A stretch of 60,677 bases of DNA, the filler included, from Hausera hauseri (lineage: Eukaryota): the NCBI GenBank assembly GCA_046269625.1. It is 13 parts of 13 records of this genome, joined end to end, with 100 filler letters (N's around TTAATTAATTAA, not from the genome) between each part and the next. Parts side by side here need not be neighbours in the genome. Positions count along the whole stretch, not along the records: positions 27,551 to 32,291 come from JBJURY010453912.1; positions 32,392 to 36,503 come from JBJURY010753097.1; positions 36,604 to 40,716 come from JBJURY010752542.1; positions 40,817 to 44,874 come from JBJURY010788423.1; 9 more parts are not named here. One strand, given 5' to 3'. Under the pieces are notes generated by a model. The model made no database searches. It was not told the origin of the DNA and saw only the letters and a program-made list of their open reading frames with translations. Shown here piece after piece: positions 28,341-41,742 of this stretch (positions are counted from its first letter, which is position 1; the number at the start of each line of letters is the position of its first letter). A program made the position numbers and the translations under genes.

Positions 28341-31300
28341 ACTATCCCCGTAGCAGAAGTGAAGCAATAGAATTAAGGATGTAAAAGAAGCAAAAACGTG
28401 GAATAGTTTTTATGAGCTATTGCGTCTTTGTTTGGACAAGGCGTTGAATCTTATAAATATTTTGTTCTTTGCTGAATTTGCTGAAAGTGACTGTCTCGCT
28501 TTGTTTGACATGCTGTTTTAATGTTTGTTGAAGTTGTTGGGGTGAAGTTAACTTTTGATTTGACATTTCAGCAAGTTGAGAACTGGTCGGTATGTCACTT
28601 AATATAGCTGTTAGAGTTGTTGTAGGTTTTAGAGTAGCAATTTGTCGCGTAGGTAGAGTGCAAGAAAAATTGAAGGAGTGAAGAAAATTTTGTGTAGACT
28701 TAGCTGAGGATTCAGGTGTGTCATTGATAAAAAATGCGGGTTTTAAGTTGGTTATGTGAACGTTTTGTTCTTTGTCGTTTTTGAGTATTGTAACCATGTG
28801 TTAACTTAGGTTTAGAACTTTAAATGGTTCTAAGTAGTTTGGTTGGAATCCGGAAGGTGAAGGGTTTTTTAACCACACGAGCTTTTCATTAAATAGTGAA
28901 TCAGGTAAGTATGTTTTGTCACCATGTATTATTTTGCAGAAAGAGTCCTGGCTTAACTGGACGAAGTGATTTTGTTCAGACCTAATGGTTTCGTCAGTTG
29001 GTGTGTTGTCCAAATCGGTGAGTTCAAAGAGCGCACGAATTGTAGTACTAAAAAGTGCTTCAGCGTGTGCGCAACCAGTGGTAGTAGAGGTCGTGTTGCA
29101 CCACCCGAGTAAAACAAAAGGGAGAATGGTTGTCCAATTCTTATGAATTTCGGCCAGAATTTTTAGGGAGATTTTAAGTGTGCGGTGAAAGCGTTCAAAT
29201 AAGCTGTTTGACTGGGGGTGATATGGAGTTGTGTGTATATGATTTATGCCCAGTCGATTAACTAGAGACTTGCATAGTTTCGATTCAAATTGAGGACCGA
29301 ACCGACTAATCCAAATCCTTATGAATGCATCGGCTATGGAGTCTATATTAATAAAGCGCAAAGGGACGGCTTCAGATAAACGAGACTCACGGTCCATCAC
29401 TGTTAGGATGAATTGGTGGCCACTATTGGAAGGTAATGGGTCGACGATATCTAAATGTACAGATTAAAAACGAAACGTGCAGGGAAATTGAAATAAGGGT
29501 GGCTTGAGATGCTTAGGTACTTTGAATTTTTGGCAAGCCACACATTGTCTAACCCAGCCTTGTACGTCAGACCTCATCGATGCCCATGTTATGTGACGTT
29601 TGAGGAGGCGGAATGTAGCCTTCGTACATAGGTGATGTAACGAATGGATATGGTTAAATGCTATTTGTTGTAGAAAAAGTGCCAAGATTTCCAAATGTTT
29701 CCCAGGTGTCGACGTGTCCATGGCTACTCCATCGATTATTTGGACGGATTTGCACTGTTTAAGAGTTTCAGTGGACAAGGAGTTTTAGATTAATTGTTCC
29801 TTAGAGAATATTGGTGTGACACTAATAGCACCAACTGACCGTGATAAGAAATCGGCTATTAAATTGTCTGTCAGAAACATGGCGAATTTTAAAGTTGAAT
29901 GTTGACAGATATGGGAAATGGCGTTCTTGTCGACGTGATGATTGTTTCATGTTCATTACGTGAACGAGAGGTTTGTGGTCCGTTTGAATGGTGAAGGAAC
30001 GAGCGATAAGTAAATGTGAAAAATGTTTCAGAGCTAAAACAATGGCCAGGAGTTCTCTATCGAAGGTGGAATAACGGCGTTCTGGTGGCTGGAGCTTACG
30101 TGAGAAGAATTCTAGCGGTTCGTTTATACCTTGAGAGATTTGGTTAAGAACCGTTCCTACTGCTGTAGTTGATGCATCGGTTTTCAAAATGAGGTCGGCA
30201 TCAGATTTTGGGTAAACTAAGATCTCAACCCTCTTAAGCTTGTCGCGGACTTCATCAAACTGGTTAACAAATTCTGGTGTCTAATATATGAGCTTTTCCT
30301 TCGGCCCTCTTCTTAGTTGAGCGAAAGGAGCACTTAACTGGCTACAGTGTGGGACGTATTTATGTACAATATAAAATCCCGAGGAAAATACGCATGTCAG
30401 TAGTGGTTTTTGGTAGCTCGATGTTTCGTAATTGATGAATTCTATCAGGCTGTGGACTGTGTCCGTCAAATGTGATGACGTGGCCAAAAAATTGACATTT
30501 TCCTGGAAGAAGAAACACTTATAAAAGTTCACTTGCAAATTGTAGTTGTGAAAGCGTTGGAAAACTAGTCTGAGATGTTATTTGTGTTGTTTGGGTGATG
30601 CCAATGCGACTAGTATGTCATCGATGTACGGATATACAAATGGCAAGCCTGAAAGGACTGAATCAGTGTGCCGTTGAAAAGTTTGTGCTGCATTCTTTAA
30701 ACCGAACGGCATGAATGCGTATTCTAAGAGACCAAAAGGTGTTATTATGGCCGTTTTTAGATGTCTTCGGTTGCTACCGCTATTTACTGGTAGGCTTTTT
30801 CGAGAAATATGGTCAAATAGATTGTTGTCTTGTGTAAGTAATGTAATATATCTTTAATCAAAGGTAGAGGTTAAGCGTCCATGGTAGTGACGTTATTTAG
30901 TTTGCGATAATCGCCGCATGGACGGAATGTGCCATCTTTTTTGGGACAACGTGGAGTGGTGATGCCAACGGTGATTTTGATCGTTTTATTATGCCAGCTT
31001 GTTCGAGTGCAGAGAGTTCCGCTTGGACTGCCTGTCGACGGCATGGTAAAAGTGGGTGGAGTTTCTGCTTAACGGATTACGGTTTTCTGTGATGATATGA
31101 TGAAACGCCGTGTTATCCGGTCGAAATGCTGGGTCTTTTTAATTGTATAGAAACAAGACTTGACTAAATATTATTGCATTTCTTGGCTAAGGGTAGTAAA
31201 GGTTTGATTGGACTTAATGTGAGAAATGGTAGAAATCGGGCCGTCTAAATCGGACTTCAACAGAAAAGTAGGACTGTTTATATTGGTTTTATCAGTAAGG

Positions 31301-32291
31301 TTTTTATTTACATTGGTTAATGGTTTCTTCAATATTGATTTTATAGTTGAGATAGGCTGCATGATCGATTGGTTATGTTTAGAGGTCGGCTTTGTTGAAC
31401 TGCTTTTAATGATCCGACGTTGTCTACAATCTACAATGATCTTATAGAAGGATAAGAAATCAGACCCAAGTATTGGAGATTGTATGTCTGCACCGATGAA
31501 AGTTCAATTGAAAATGTCGGAAAATAGTAGCAATGTGAATGAAACTTTGTCTGTGCCGAATACATATAAAGCTTGGCCGTTAGCTGTGTATAGTTTAGTG
31601 TTAGATGGTGAGATGAATGGTGTTTTGATGGATGGTAGTAACAAAGTCAATGAGGACGTTGATTGGTTGATTAGGTTTGGATGTTAAGGAGGCTTTTAAT
31701 GTAAAAACAGCGTATGTACGGCTATTAGAATAAAGACTTTTGCCTGTGCCAGTATGTGCCAAAACATCTAGCGGCTCTATCAGTTTTTTTGGATAGTAAA
31801 ATTTGGGGAGTCGCGAGAATTACGATGGAATTGGTTATGTCGACTGGAAAACGTGCAGCCGTTGATGCAGTTTCGGGCTTTATTGATGAACCTATTATGG
31901 TAAATACAAACGATGTCGGATTTTTGAAAAGATGGTGTAAAGAATTTACATCCCAAGCAACATTTGTTGGATTGGTCCTTAAATTTTGTGTGATAATAAC
32001 ACACCATAGGTCGAGTAGGGGACCTAGTGGATCTCGAATTTTGCGATGAAGCACGGCTATGATTCGGTGTAAATGGACCTCGTCGAGGCATGGATAAATT
32101 GTCCAATTTAGAAGTTAGAGCAGAAATGGCTTGGTGTATTTCCATGTTTTCAGCCCGGAGAGCGTTTCTTTGGTTATTCAGCGCTACGATATTAGCATTG
32201 GGTGGAGTTAAAGTTGGTTGTAATGTGGCTGCGACAATAGGAGTATGGCGTGTATGTAATATTTCATATCTTTTATCAGCCAGTTGTGCTA
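28341..32291 (-). mobile_element. Gypsy LTR retrotransposon (gag end, PR, RT, RNase H, IN; degenerate) with PPT and 3' LTR start at 28341
   Basis: PYIDDILVA, KTDASTTAVG, YSTFDRELLAI, TDHKPL, HHCC zinc finger, YHPQSNSLFERFHRTLK; PPT CGGGGATAG. Confidence 0.95.
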
Positions 32292-32534
32292 NNNNNNNNN
32301 NNNNNNNNNNNNNNNNNNNNNNNNNNNNNNNNNNNTTAATTAATTAANNNNNNNNNNNNNNNNNNNNNNNNNNNNNNNNNNNNNNNNNNNNTGGTGTAGG
32401 TAATGGAGTTTACAAAACAGTAATGTACTTACGCAGAGAATTGATTTCTTTAAATACATCGTGGAAATCAGAGAATATGGACAGCTGCTTAGAGGCCTGA
32501 AAAACAGAATCAAATGTATTAACAGACAAAGAAA

Positions 32535-32923
32535 TTAATTTAGTTTAGTTTAGTCGAAGTGTCAACATCTTCGCACATGGATATATATCCATAAGTGCTC
32601 CGTTTTCCTCCATTGTGGAGGATCTCAGCACTTACTCAGTTGCACTGGTTAGGACCCTGTAGGTTGGGTAGATTTTTACTACAAAAAAAACCCCGGCAGC
32701 GGTCGTTAGGCCATCACTATTTTAATTTCCATCCGCCAAAGGATTTTTAACGTGCACGACAATATCCAAGACGTCCGATCTCACCACCCAGAGATTAGTG
32801 TATTTTTTTTTTTTACTAGAAGATACAGGAGAAAAAAAAATTGTTAGTGTTTCCATCGGAATTTGAACCCCGTACATCTAGCACTCGGGGCGGACGACTT
32901 ACCTCGAGACCACTAAGATCCCT
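32535..32923 (-). mobile_element. tRNA-derived SINE with a Meta/MESC-like core and (ACTAA)n tail
   Basis: Head GGGATCTTAGTGGTCTCGAGGT (A box) ... GGTTCAAATTCC (B box); central GTGCACGTTAAAAATCC; tail ACTAAACTAAACTAAA. Confidence 0.7.
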
Positions 32924-33129
32924 TTAAAAAAAAAAATTGCTCGAACACATGTTATCTTTATCAAGTACAAATGTTATCGATATTTGATTTATGTTATCTT
33001 CGATTTCTTCATACACGCTATGCAAATTCTAAAGTCTACCGACAAGGGGACTCCACGGGGTATTACAGTTTCTGTTAATTAAACATTCTTAATAAGCACG
33101 TGTAACGTGGTGCAACATGTGGTGAGCAA

Positions 33130-34980
33130 CTAGGTGTTTAGATGAGGTGTCTCGGTTTATGATGTATCAGGTTCCTGCTGAAACGTTAATGTATTCTGCG
33201 TTTTCAGTGTCGCAGTCTGGTACCTCGCATTACGGTTGGTGAGTGACATGAAACAATATGAATGCTAAAGCACAGGAAATTGAAATAAATGCATTATTAA
33301 AGTGTATAACACTGATAATTATTTTTTGGTTTCCACTTGTCAACTTAAGTTCTTTTTGGATAATAGTGTGACATTTTTTGGATCTTTTAAAGATTTCAGT
33401 TGATGTAACTTTGTCTCTCCTCATCTCAAGTAGCGCAACGGTGCAGTGTATTTCACAAGCTGCAGTGGCTGTTGTTTTCATTTCTCCACTAAAAAGTCGC
33501 ACAGCATCGTTGTGGATCTTGATGAGGCTTTAGTTTTGCTGCAGAGTACAAGCAATGTAATACCATACTCTAAACACAGATCGAACATAGTCAATGCACA
33601 AACATCTCCGCGCATCCTTGTCTGAAACCATTAAGTGCTAGTAAGTATTTTAATTAGGCCTAGCTGAAGTTGTTTTGTTGCCTTTCTTGCTGGATGCCTA
33701 CATGGTTTTTGAAGTTAAATTGACGGTCTATTTATATGACGAGTTATGTATGAAGTTAGTCCTTTTGTAATTTCTTGTTATTTAGTCTGGCGTCTTCTGT
33801 TTCGTTGACAATCTTGAAGCCTTTGGTAAAAACATTTTTTGAACAGTTTACATATTTAATTTCCACGTGTTGCATTTGTCGCTTAATCCAATTAAATTTT
33901 CGGTAAACGTCTCTACAGCTCTGTCAGTTTCCTTATGTGTCACATGTCACATTGCTAAATGATCAGCATAGATGGACTTTGTTGTTGTTAGAACAGGCAC
34001 ACACACACACACGCACGCACGCACGCACGCACGCACACATACACATATAGACATAAAAGGATACTGCCCATAGATGACTTCTTTAGATGAAATAGCATCA
34101 TTTAATTTTGTTTGAATGATTGTGTTTGTTGATCAATACAATTCTAAAGAATTATATCCATTGTATTTATTGTACGTTTGCTATTTTGAAATCTATCTTG
34201 TATGCGTTGAGAGAATGGGAAAAGCTGATCTTCCGTACAGCTGCGTTTTCTGAAACCAGATTATTCATGGCATAAGGTGTTTTTGTTTCTACTTAGCAGT
34301 CAAATCTTGTTTTGATCACAGGCAACCGGACTTTGCTTTTATTTATTTTTTTTTTCTTCAAAATATGCATCCCTCAGATCACTTGGGATTTAGCCAATTA
34401 CTCGCATGCTTCCATTCCCATCTTTTTAAGGTTCTTGATCATTTCATTATATAATATATTAGCTCGTGGTAATTTTCTTTCTTTTTTTCCAAGTTTTAAT
34501 TTTCTTAGTGGCATGTTTCAGTTACAGCATACTTTATTTCGTGGGCCCATTTTTAGATTTTATTTTCCAACAATTCAGACGTACTCTGTCTTCACTTTGC
34601 TCTATTCACTGAGACAAACTAGCGGTTGAAATTCTCTGCTATTTCTGCCGGTCGTATCACTTCACTTTCTAAATTCAGTGATTTTTTTGATTGGTGCACT
34701 ACTTCTCTCCCGACATATTATGGAGTAACTTCCAAGCTTTATTTTCATCCTGCCATAGGTCTATTTCGCGAATTTTCGCGTCACTTCTCCTTTTTTGTTT
34801 TTCTCATTAGAAGTTTAACATTTGCACATCTTCTTTTATATCTGATGCTATCATTTTGAATTGATTGCTCAAAAGTGACTCTTCTCTGATTGCAGCTTGT
34901 ATTTCAACATTCCAGTAGCGACGATAATTCCTTGTGCAACCTCTCCGAATACCTTTAGCTGTGGCACTGAGAAGCACTTC
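33130..34980 (-). mobile_element. Degenerate non-LTR retrotransposon ORF2 (RT region)
   Basis: RGCTRNYRRYWN; SGFRKRSCTEDQL; SIYADHLA (YADD box); downstream HNDAVRLFSGEMKTT..AACEIH. Confidence 0.8.
33998..34045. repeat. (CA)n/(CGCA)n microsatellite
   Basis: Direct reading. Confidence 0.95.
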
Positions 34981-35870
34981 TTCGTGCTTATGGGAGCATG
35001 CTGGGTCATATATGGTCATATTTTCTGTTAAGGCTGGGTATCATAAGGGTAGGTTAGGTCGTCTTCTTCGGATGGTGATAGCATGTTTCTTCGGGTATCA
35101 GCATCATGTTCCTGTTATATAAGGATGAGGAATTTAACAGCGTTGTTAGGGATATTAGTGATCATCAGGTGCCCGCTCGGATAAGGAAGGGGAAGATAGC
35201 TGCGCTGTTTGGTTAGTCATCAGCAGTAGGTGGCCTGTCATATACGGAAGGGGCAGTTAACAGCGACAAGAAAATGTTGATGCTTGTAAAAAACCAGATG
35301 ACTAACCCCAAAACGACTTTGCTATCTTTCCGTTCCTTATACAACAGGGCACAAGATGATGCCTAATATCCATAACTCTCCTTTTCCTTAAACGACAGGA
35401 CACGTGATGATACTGACTAAAACCCATAACAACAGGACACATCATGATGATGACTAGCCTGACAATGCAGATATCTTCTCCTTCCTTCTATGAGTGGGCA
35501 CCTGATGATGACTAATACTCCTAACAATAGGTCACATGATGATGATGACTAACCTGACAACGCTTTTAACTGCCCTTTCCTTATATGACAGGTCACCTAA
35601 TGCTGATGACTAAGCTAACAACGCAACTATCTTCCCCTTTCTTATACGAGTGGGCACTTGATGATGATTATTACCTTTAACAATGCTGTTAACTTCCCCG
35701 TCCTTATATGACAGAAACATGATGATGATAACCGAAGAAACATGCCATCACCACCCCAAGAAGACGACCTAACCTACTCACAGCACCCTTATGATACCCA
35801 ACATTATCAGAAAACATGACCCTGTCATGGCTCAACAGGCTCACGTAAGCATGCATAAGCATGAATAAGA
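34978..35870. mobile_element. Foldback/MITE-like element with ~290-bp imperfect inverted arms built from internal subrepeats
   Basis: About 34978-35266 is the reverse complement of about 35560-35870 (e.g. GGGTATCATAAGGGT..GTAGGTTAGGTCGTCTTCTT vs AAGAAGACGACCTAACCTAC..ACCCTTATGATACCC); GATGATGACTAA subrepeats. Confidence 0.75.
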
Positions 35871-35884
35871 CGACATAAACTACC

Positions 35885-36415
35885 TCCAGCGCCCTTATGA
35901 TCATTATCATTAGGCGCCACACTGCGAAGCGCAGGGCATCATGGATCTCCATTTCTCGTGATGCCTGGTGTTCCCAGTCATTTCTGTTGTTGACCTAATG
36001 AGCCATTCTCGCAATCCATCCAAACACTTCATTCTTTGCCGCCTACTTCTTCTATATCCTGGTATTTTGCCCATGAGGACTAAGTTCTCCAGACCTTCTC
36101 TTCTTAAAGTATGGCAAATCATTGATGTTTGTCTCTTTCTGATTTTAATGATGTGTTATTTCTGTGTCTGCTTATTGGGGTGTTTTTTTTTTTTTTTTTT
36201 TGCTGTCCAAGGGATTTTCAACATTCTTCTGAGAAATCACATCTACATTGCTTTTAAAGAATTTTCTAATTTTTTACTCAATGTCCAAGATTCGCAGACA
36301 TACATCAGTATAGGTTCATTATAACACTGCAGAACTCTCTTTCTCAATGGTCATGACAGATGTATTGTACATAATGTGCTTTTGATTTTCTGGAATGCTG
36401 TTTTTGCCTGTGCAG
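35885..36415 (-). mobile_element. RTE-clade LINE 3' end
   Basis: CHTLRREGLENLVLMGKIPG.R.R.RQRMK..D...W...R.HEKWRSM, stop, then (TAATGA)n-like tail. Confidence 0.85.
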
Positions 36416-36603
36416 GAATTAGTCATTTCTTTGTTCAGTGTAAGTATACAGTAATCGATAAATCTAGATAACTGCACAAGCGACCACGAAAATCTTCATT
36501 TCCNNNNNNNNNNNNNNNNNNNNNNNNNNNNNNNNNNNNNNNNNNNNTTAATTAATTAANNNNNNNNNNNNNNNNNNNNNNNNNNNNNNNNNNNNNNNNN
36601 NNN

Positions 36604-39600
36604 TGGACATTTTCGCGAAGCAATTGTTGCCCAACAAATTCAGGAAAGGCGACGACGCGGAGAGGTTCATTCAAGGATGTAACAAATTCTTTAAATATAT
36701 GAACACTCCGGCGGCGAAGCGGGAAATCAGGGCTGAATGCCTCTTGTAGGAAGAAGCACTAGAAAGATACGAGACAGTAGATGCAAAAATAACTGGATAT
36801 CAAAACCGCCTACGGAAGGCTTTCGCCCTATCCTCAACGCTGTGCGAAGATCTGAAAGAAGCGCTCGAGTACAGAATGAATGAAGCGGAACCGGAGGCTT
36901 ACTTCGAGGCAATCGTGAAACTCTTGGATAGAGTCATGAAGCAGAATCTTTCATGCGAGGCTCTGAAAGAGGAACTATTGTCCCAATGTTGTAACCGTAG
37001 AGAGATGAGAAGAGAGATATGCCTCAGTGACAAACGAGACGCAGAAACCATAAAGGAGAAAATAAGGAAAATACACAAGGTAAAGATTAAGACAGAAATC
37101 TACACAGTCAAGGAGTATCTGGGATCGGTAGAAAAGCTACCAGGATGTGGCAGCACAAAATATCAGGAAACCCGTTACTAGAATCAACACGACCTAAACT
37201 AGAACATCAAATAGTAGATTATTGTTGGACATGCCAGAAGGAAGGACATACGAGCAGAACTTGCACCATACTGAGACCGATTAAGTGCTTTGGATGCGGA
37301 AAAGGACACATAAGCAGGCAGTGTCCCCGAAGAAAGCCAGTAAGATATTACGGATGTGGTCAGCTAGGGCACATCAGACGAAATTGTACAAAGCTTAGCT
37401 GTGCGAGATGTCACCATAGGGACATACCCAAAAGGAGTGCTACACCAGGCTGCAGGGGAAAAGAGGATCAGGATGGGATGCATACAAAGTGAAAAGAAGG
37501 TATGGATAATCTGAAGAAAAGACGGGGGGACGTCGCAAACGTAGAGGAAGAAGAAACAGAATCGGAACAAGAGTCAGTTGCCCCAAAAGGCCGAGCTTCG
37601 GTAAAAGTGGAGCAAATCGGGGCACTACAATAGATTCAGTCTCCCAAAATATCGTTATATAATGGTGGTGGTATATCACACAGTATAGACGGATCAAGAA
37701 GGGGACACGGAGATATTGATGGATAAAAGGACACAGGAAAAGTACGGAAATTTATGAAAACGGGAAATTTCCAGGAAGTATCCTCCAACGGAATGGAGAA
37801 AAGTAAGAACGATACGCAGATCTTCACGCTAGAAGAATTGTAAATCGAAGAGATATCATACAGGAAGTTTAGTGGACGACCAGGTAACAAATTAATCATA
37901 CAAGACAGATGGGAAGATTGCTTATTGGACACAGGGCCCAGGGTAAACGTATTAAACATAAAGATCGTGGATAAACTTGCAAACACACACATAGAGAAAT
38001 CAGATACCACACCACGATGTGCGAACAATAGCTCCTTAGATTGCCTGGGCACACTGATAACAGACGTAAAAATCAAGGGTCTAAGGAGACGTGTAACATG
38101 TCTGGTAGTGTCGGAATTACGCCCAGAAATAATAGGTAATGTGGACCTTCAAAAGGCATTCGGAATAGAACTGGGATGGAAACGCACGGAAACGAAAACA
38201 TTACAGAAAGATATATGCAACCTAGAAGCCAAGTTCGGCTGTAAGGTTACTAACCAATAACGAGTCAACAGGGCGAAGAAAGCTCTTCAGGTGAGTGACA
38301 ACAAAGAGCTACTCAACATTATACAGAAATAGTCAGAGGTATTCATGGCCGACAAGTGCACATCTCTTATCAAACACCGAATAGACACGACAGGAGCGCC
38401 GATTAATATCAAACCTCACAGGCAACCGGTAAACCTAGAAACAAAGATCGACGAGACCATCCGAAACCTATGGGAAAACGACATTATCAAGCCATGTAAC
38501 TCAGCATGGAATACACCAATGATATGCGCATGAAAGAAAGATAAGAGCGATGTCAGAATATGCCTGGACTTCAGACAGCTGAATCTTATAACGGAACTGC
38601 AGGCCTTCCCCATGCCTAACGTGGAAGAGATATTGGACAGGTTATAGGGGACCACGTTTTTCACGTCAATCGCCGTTTGAAGTAGGGCATCCGGTGCTGG
38701 TGCAAAAGGAACCCTGAACAAAGGAGAAAGACAAGAACGAAGGCCCGTACATGATCGTTGAGAAAGTTCACGACAGACGATACGTACTGCGACATGAAGA
38801 TGGCCAAACCTTGGAGAGAAGCGTACAGAAGCTACGAAGATTCTTAAAAATGGGGATTTGGGGATATAATCGAGAATGGAAATTCTAAATTAAAATTAGA
38901 AGCACTTTTAAATTCTATAAATTCCACCATGAATTTAAATTACAAATGTAATATTAAAAGTATAATTTTATTTTGGAATTTTCGAAAAGTTTGTTTCCAA
39001 ATGAGAATTTTGAGATACAATAAAATGTTCAACAACTGGTGTTACTTTGCAATGAGTAATTACAAACGATGAATTCTGCTTTAACGGACATGCCAGGGGG
39101 TGGAGATTTTCCAACGCTACACAAGTTGGGCGACGATGTGGACGGCGTTATGCCCCCTCGTCTTACATGGCGACTTACGCCACAATGGACATTTTTGTGA
39201 ACCAATTGTTGCCCAACAAATTCAGTAAAGGCGACGACGTCAAGAGATTCATTAAAGGATGTGAAAAATTCTTTAAATATATGAACACCACTGCGTCGAA
39301 GAGGGAAATCATGGTTGAATGCCTCTTGGAGGAAGAATCACTTGAAAGAAACGAGGCAGTAGATGCGCAAATAACTGGATATCAAAACAGACCACGGAAG
39401 GCTTTCGCCCGATCCTCAACGCTGGGCGAAGATCTGAAAGAAGTGCTGGAGTACAGAATGAATGGAGCGGAACCGGAGGTTTACTTTGAAGCAATGGGGA
39501 ATCTTGTGGATAGCCATGAAACAAGATCTTTCTCGCGAGGTTCTAAAAGGGGAATATTGTTCCAATGTTGCAACAAGAGAGATGAGAAGAGAAATATGTC

Positions 39601-40716
39601 TCAGTGACAAACGAGACGCGGAAACCATAAAGAAAAAAATACGCAAGATACACGAAGTAAAGATTAAGACAGAAGAAGGCAACACGGTCAATGAGTATCC
39701 ATAGATCGGTAGAAGAAGCTACCAGGAAGTGGCAGCACAAAATATCAGGAAATCCGTTCCTAGAATCAAAACGACGCCAACTAGACCACCAAATAATGGA
39801 TTAAAGTGCTGGACGTACCAGAAGGAAGGACATACAAGCAGAACTTGCAACACATAGAGACGGATAAAATGCTTTGGATGCGGAAAAGAAGAACACATAA
39901 TCAGGCAGCGTCCCGAAAGAAAACCAATAAGATGCTACGGATGTGGTCAGCTATGGCACATCAGAGGAAATTGTACCAACCTTAGCTGTGCGAGATGTCA
40001 CCATAGGGGACATGCCGAAAAGGAGTGCTACACCAGGCTGGAGAAGAAATGAAAATCAGGATGGGATATATACAACGTCAAAAAAAAGTACGCGGATAAT
40101 CTGAACAGAAGACGGGGGAAGTCGCAAACGTAGACAAAAAAGAAACACAATCGGAACAAGAGTCAGTTTCCCCAAAAGGCAGACCCTCGATAGAAGTAGA
40201 GCAAATCGGGGCACTACAATAGATGCTGTCTCCCAAAATATCGTTATGTGTAATAGTAGTAGTATATCAAACAGTATAAACGAATCAAGAAGAAGGGGAC
40301 ACGTAGATAAAGTGATGGAGAAAAGGAAACAGGAAAAAGTATGGAAATTTATGAAAATGGAAAATCTCCAGGACGTATCCTTCAACAGAATAAAGGAAAG
40401 TGGGAACGATGCACAGATCTTCACGCTAGACGAATTGCATGTCCAACAGGTATCATATAGGAAGTTTAGTGGACGACCAGGAACCAAATTAACGATAGAA
40501 GACAGATAGGAATATTGCTTATTGGACACGGGGCCGGGATAAACATCATAAGCAAAAAGAGCGTGGATGAACATGCAAACACACACATGGAGAAATCCGA
40601 TACCACACTACGATGTGCGAACAATAGCCCCTTAGATTGCCTGGGCACACTCACAACGAACATAGAAATCAAGGGTCTAAAGGGACGTGTAACATTTCTG
40701 GTAGTGTTGGAATTAC
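36604..40716 (+). mobile_element. Two tandem copies of a second Gypsy family sharing one central LTR; both decayed
   Basis: gag (QLLPNKF.KGDD..RFI) with four zinc knuckles, protease LLDTG, RT start CLDFRQLN, then direct jump to integrase GPY tail; gag restarts at 39167. Confidence 0.9.
38857..39123 (+). repeat. LTR (~265 bp) between the tandem elements
   Basis: Preceded by purine tract AAAAATGGGGA, contains AATAAA, ends ...CTACACA, followed by AGT-TGG (PBS-like). Confidence 0.7.
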
Positions 40717-40892
40717 NNNNNNNNNNNNNNNNNNNNNNNNNNNNNNNNNNNNNNNNNNNNTTAATTAATTAANNNNNNNNNNNNNNNNNNNNNNNNNNNN
40801 NNNNNNNNNNNNNNNNAACTATTAATTTCTTTTATTTTATTCATATAGTATATTCATTATTATACGTATCTAATCATGTAATGTATATAAAT

Positions 40893-40952
40893 AAATACCA
40901 ATGGTAATTATACCAATTGTAATTATACCAATGGTAAGAATGCCAATGGTAG
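40893..40952. repeat. 15-bp tandem repeat (ATACCAATGGTAATT), about 4 copies
   Basis: Direct reading. Confidence 0.85.
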
Positions 40953-41179
40953 TTGTGCACGTAACTATACAATTTATACATTTCATTCAGTATAAATTTC
41001 TTTTATACTTATTATTTAATTTTGCCCTATTCAAATCTGAAGTTTCTAATTGTATATTACCATTTTCATGTAATAAAAATCATCTGATGAAGAAAACATT
41101 CCAGGTAATATCCACCAGAATAATGAAATTATTGATAACTTTTTTCCAGTTTTCGGTTAATTACGTTAATTAACAAGTA

Positions 41180-41540
41180 AAGGGTTTTGTGATACTCGGC
41201 CGATAGGCAAAATAGAACCTATGTTTTCCTTTTGAAAAGTTTACTACATTTTTAAAGAAGAAGGAATATACATTTTATTGGTTTTCGTATGGTCTAGTTA
41301 CAATATTCCAATGACATGATGATGGTCCTATTATTATTGCTAGTAATTTTGAAAATGTTAGTCCATTTAGCACCATGAAGAAATGGGAAGTAAAAACCCA
41401 ATTTTACATAAATGTTGAATAATGTATAATAAATGAATGTATAATAAGCAATGGGTGTGAGGGTAGCATTTAAACAGCACTTATTGTGTAAGCTTGTCTC
41501 ATTTGAGCGTTGTTATGGTATAAAGCATTGGTTTTCAGAG
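41180..41540 (+). pseudogene. piggyBac transposase remnant
   Basis: FQ*HDDGPIIIASNFENVSPFSTMKKWEVKTQFYINV...YNK..GV matches W-x-D-N...ASN...V.RW...YN..MGGVD. Confidence 0.65.
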
Positions 41541-41742
41541 CTATATGATAATATAATAATATATATGATAATTCCAAAACGAGAACTACTAAAGTTTATT
41601 AAAAATTAAAAAAATTGAAAATTTCGATATTCAATATTTACATACATACACATCTATTACATTATTAACGATATTTTCTGTATTAGGAGGATCCAACTTA
41701 AAATTGTCATGAGTAATAACTGCAGCCTGTTCTAGCGCGTTT

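Noticed and set aside
32845-32923. tRNA gene
   Set aside because: A and B boxes are present but there is no convincing acceptor stem, and it continues into a SINE body and tail.
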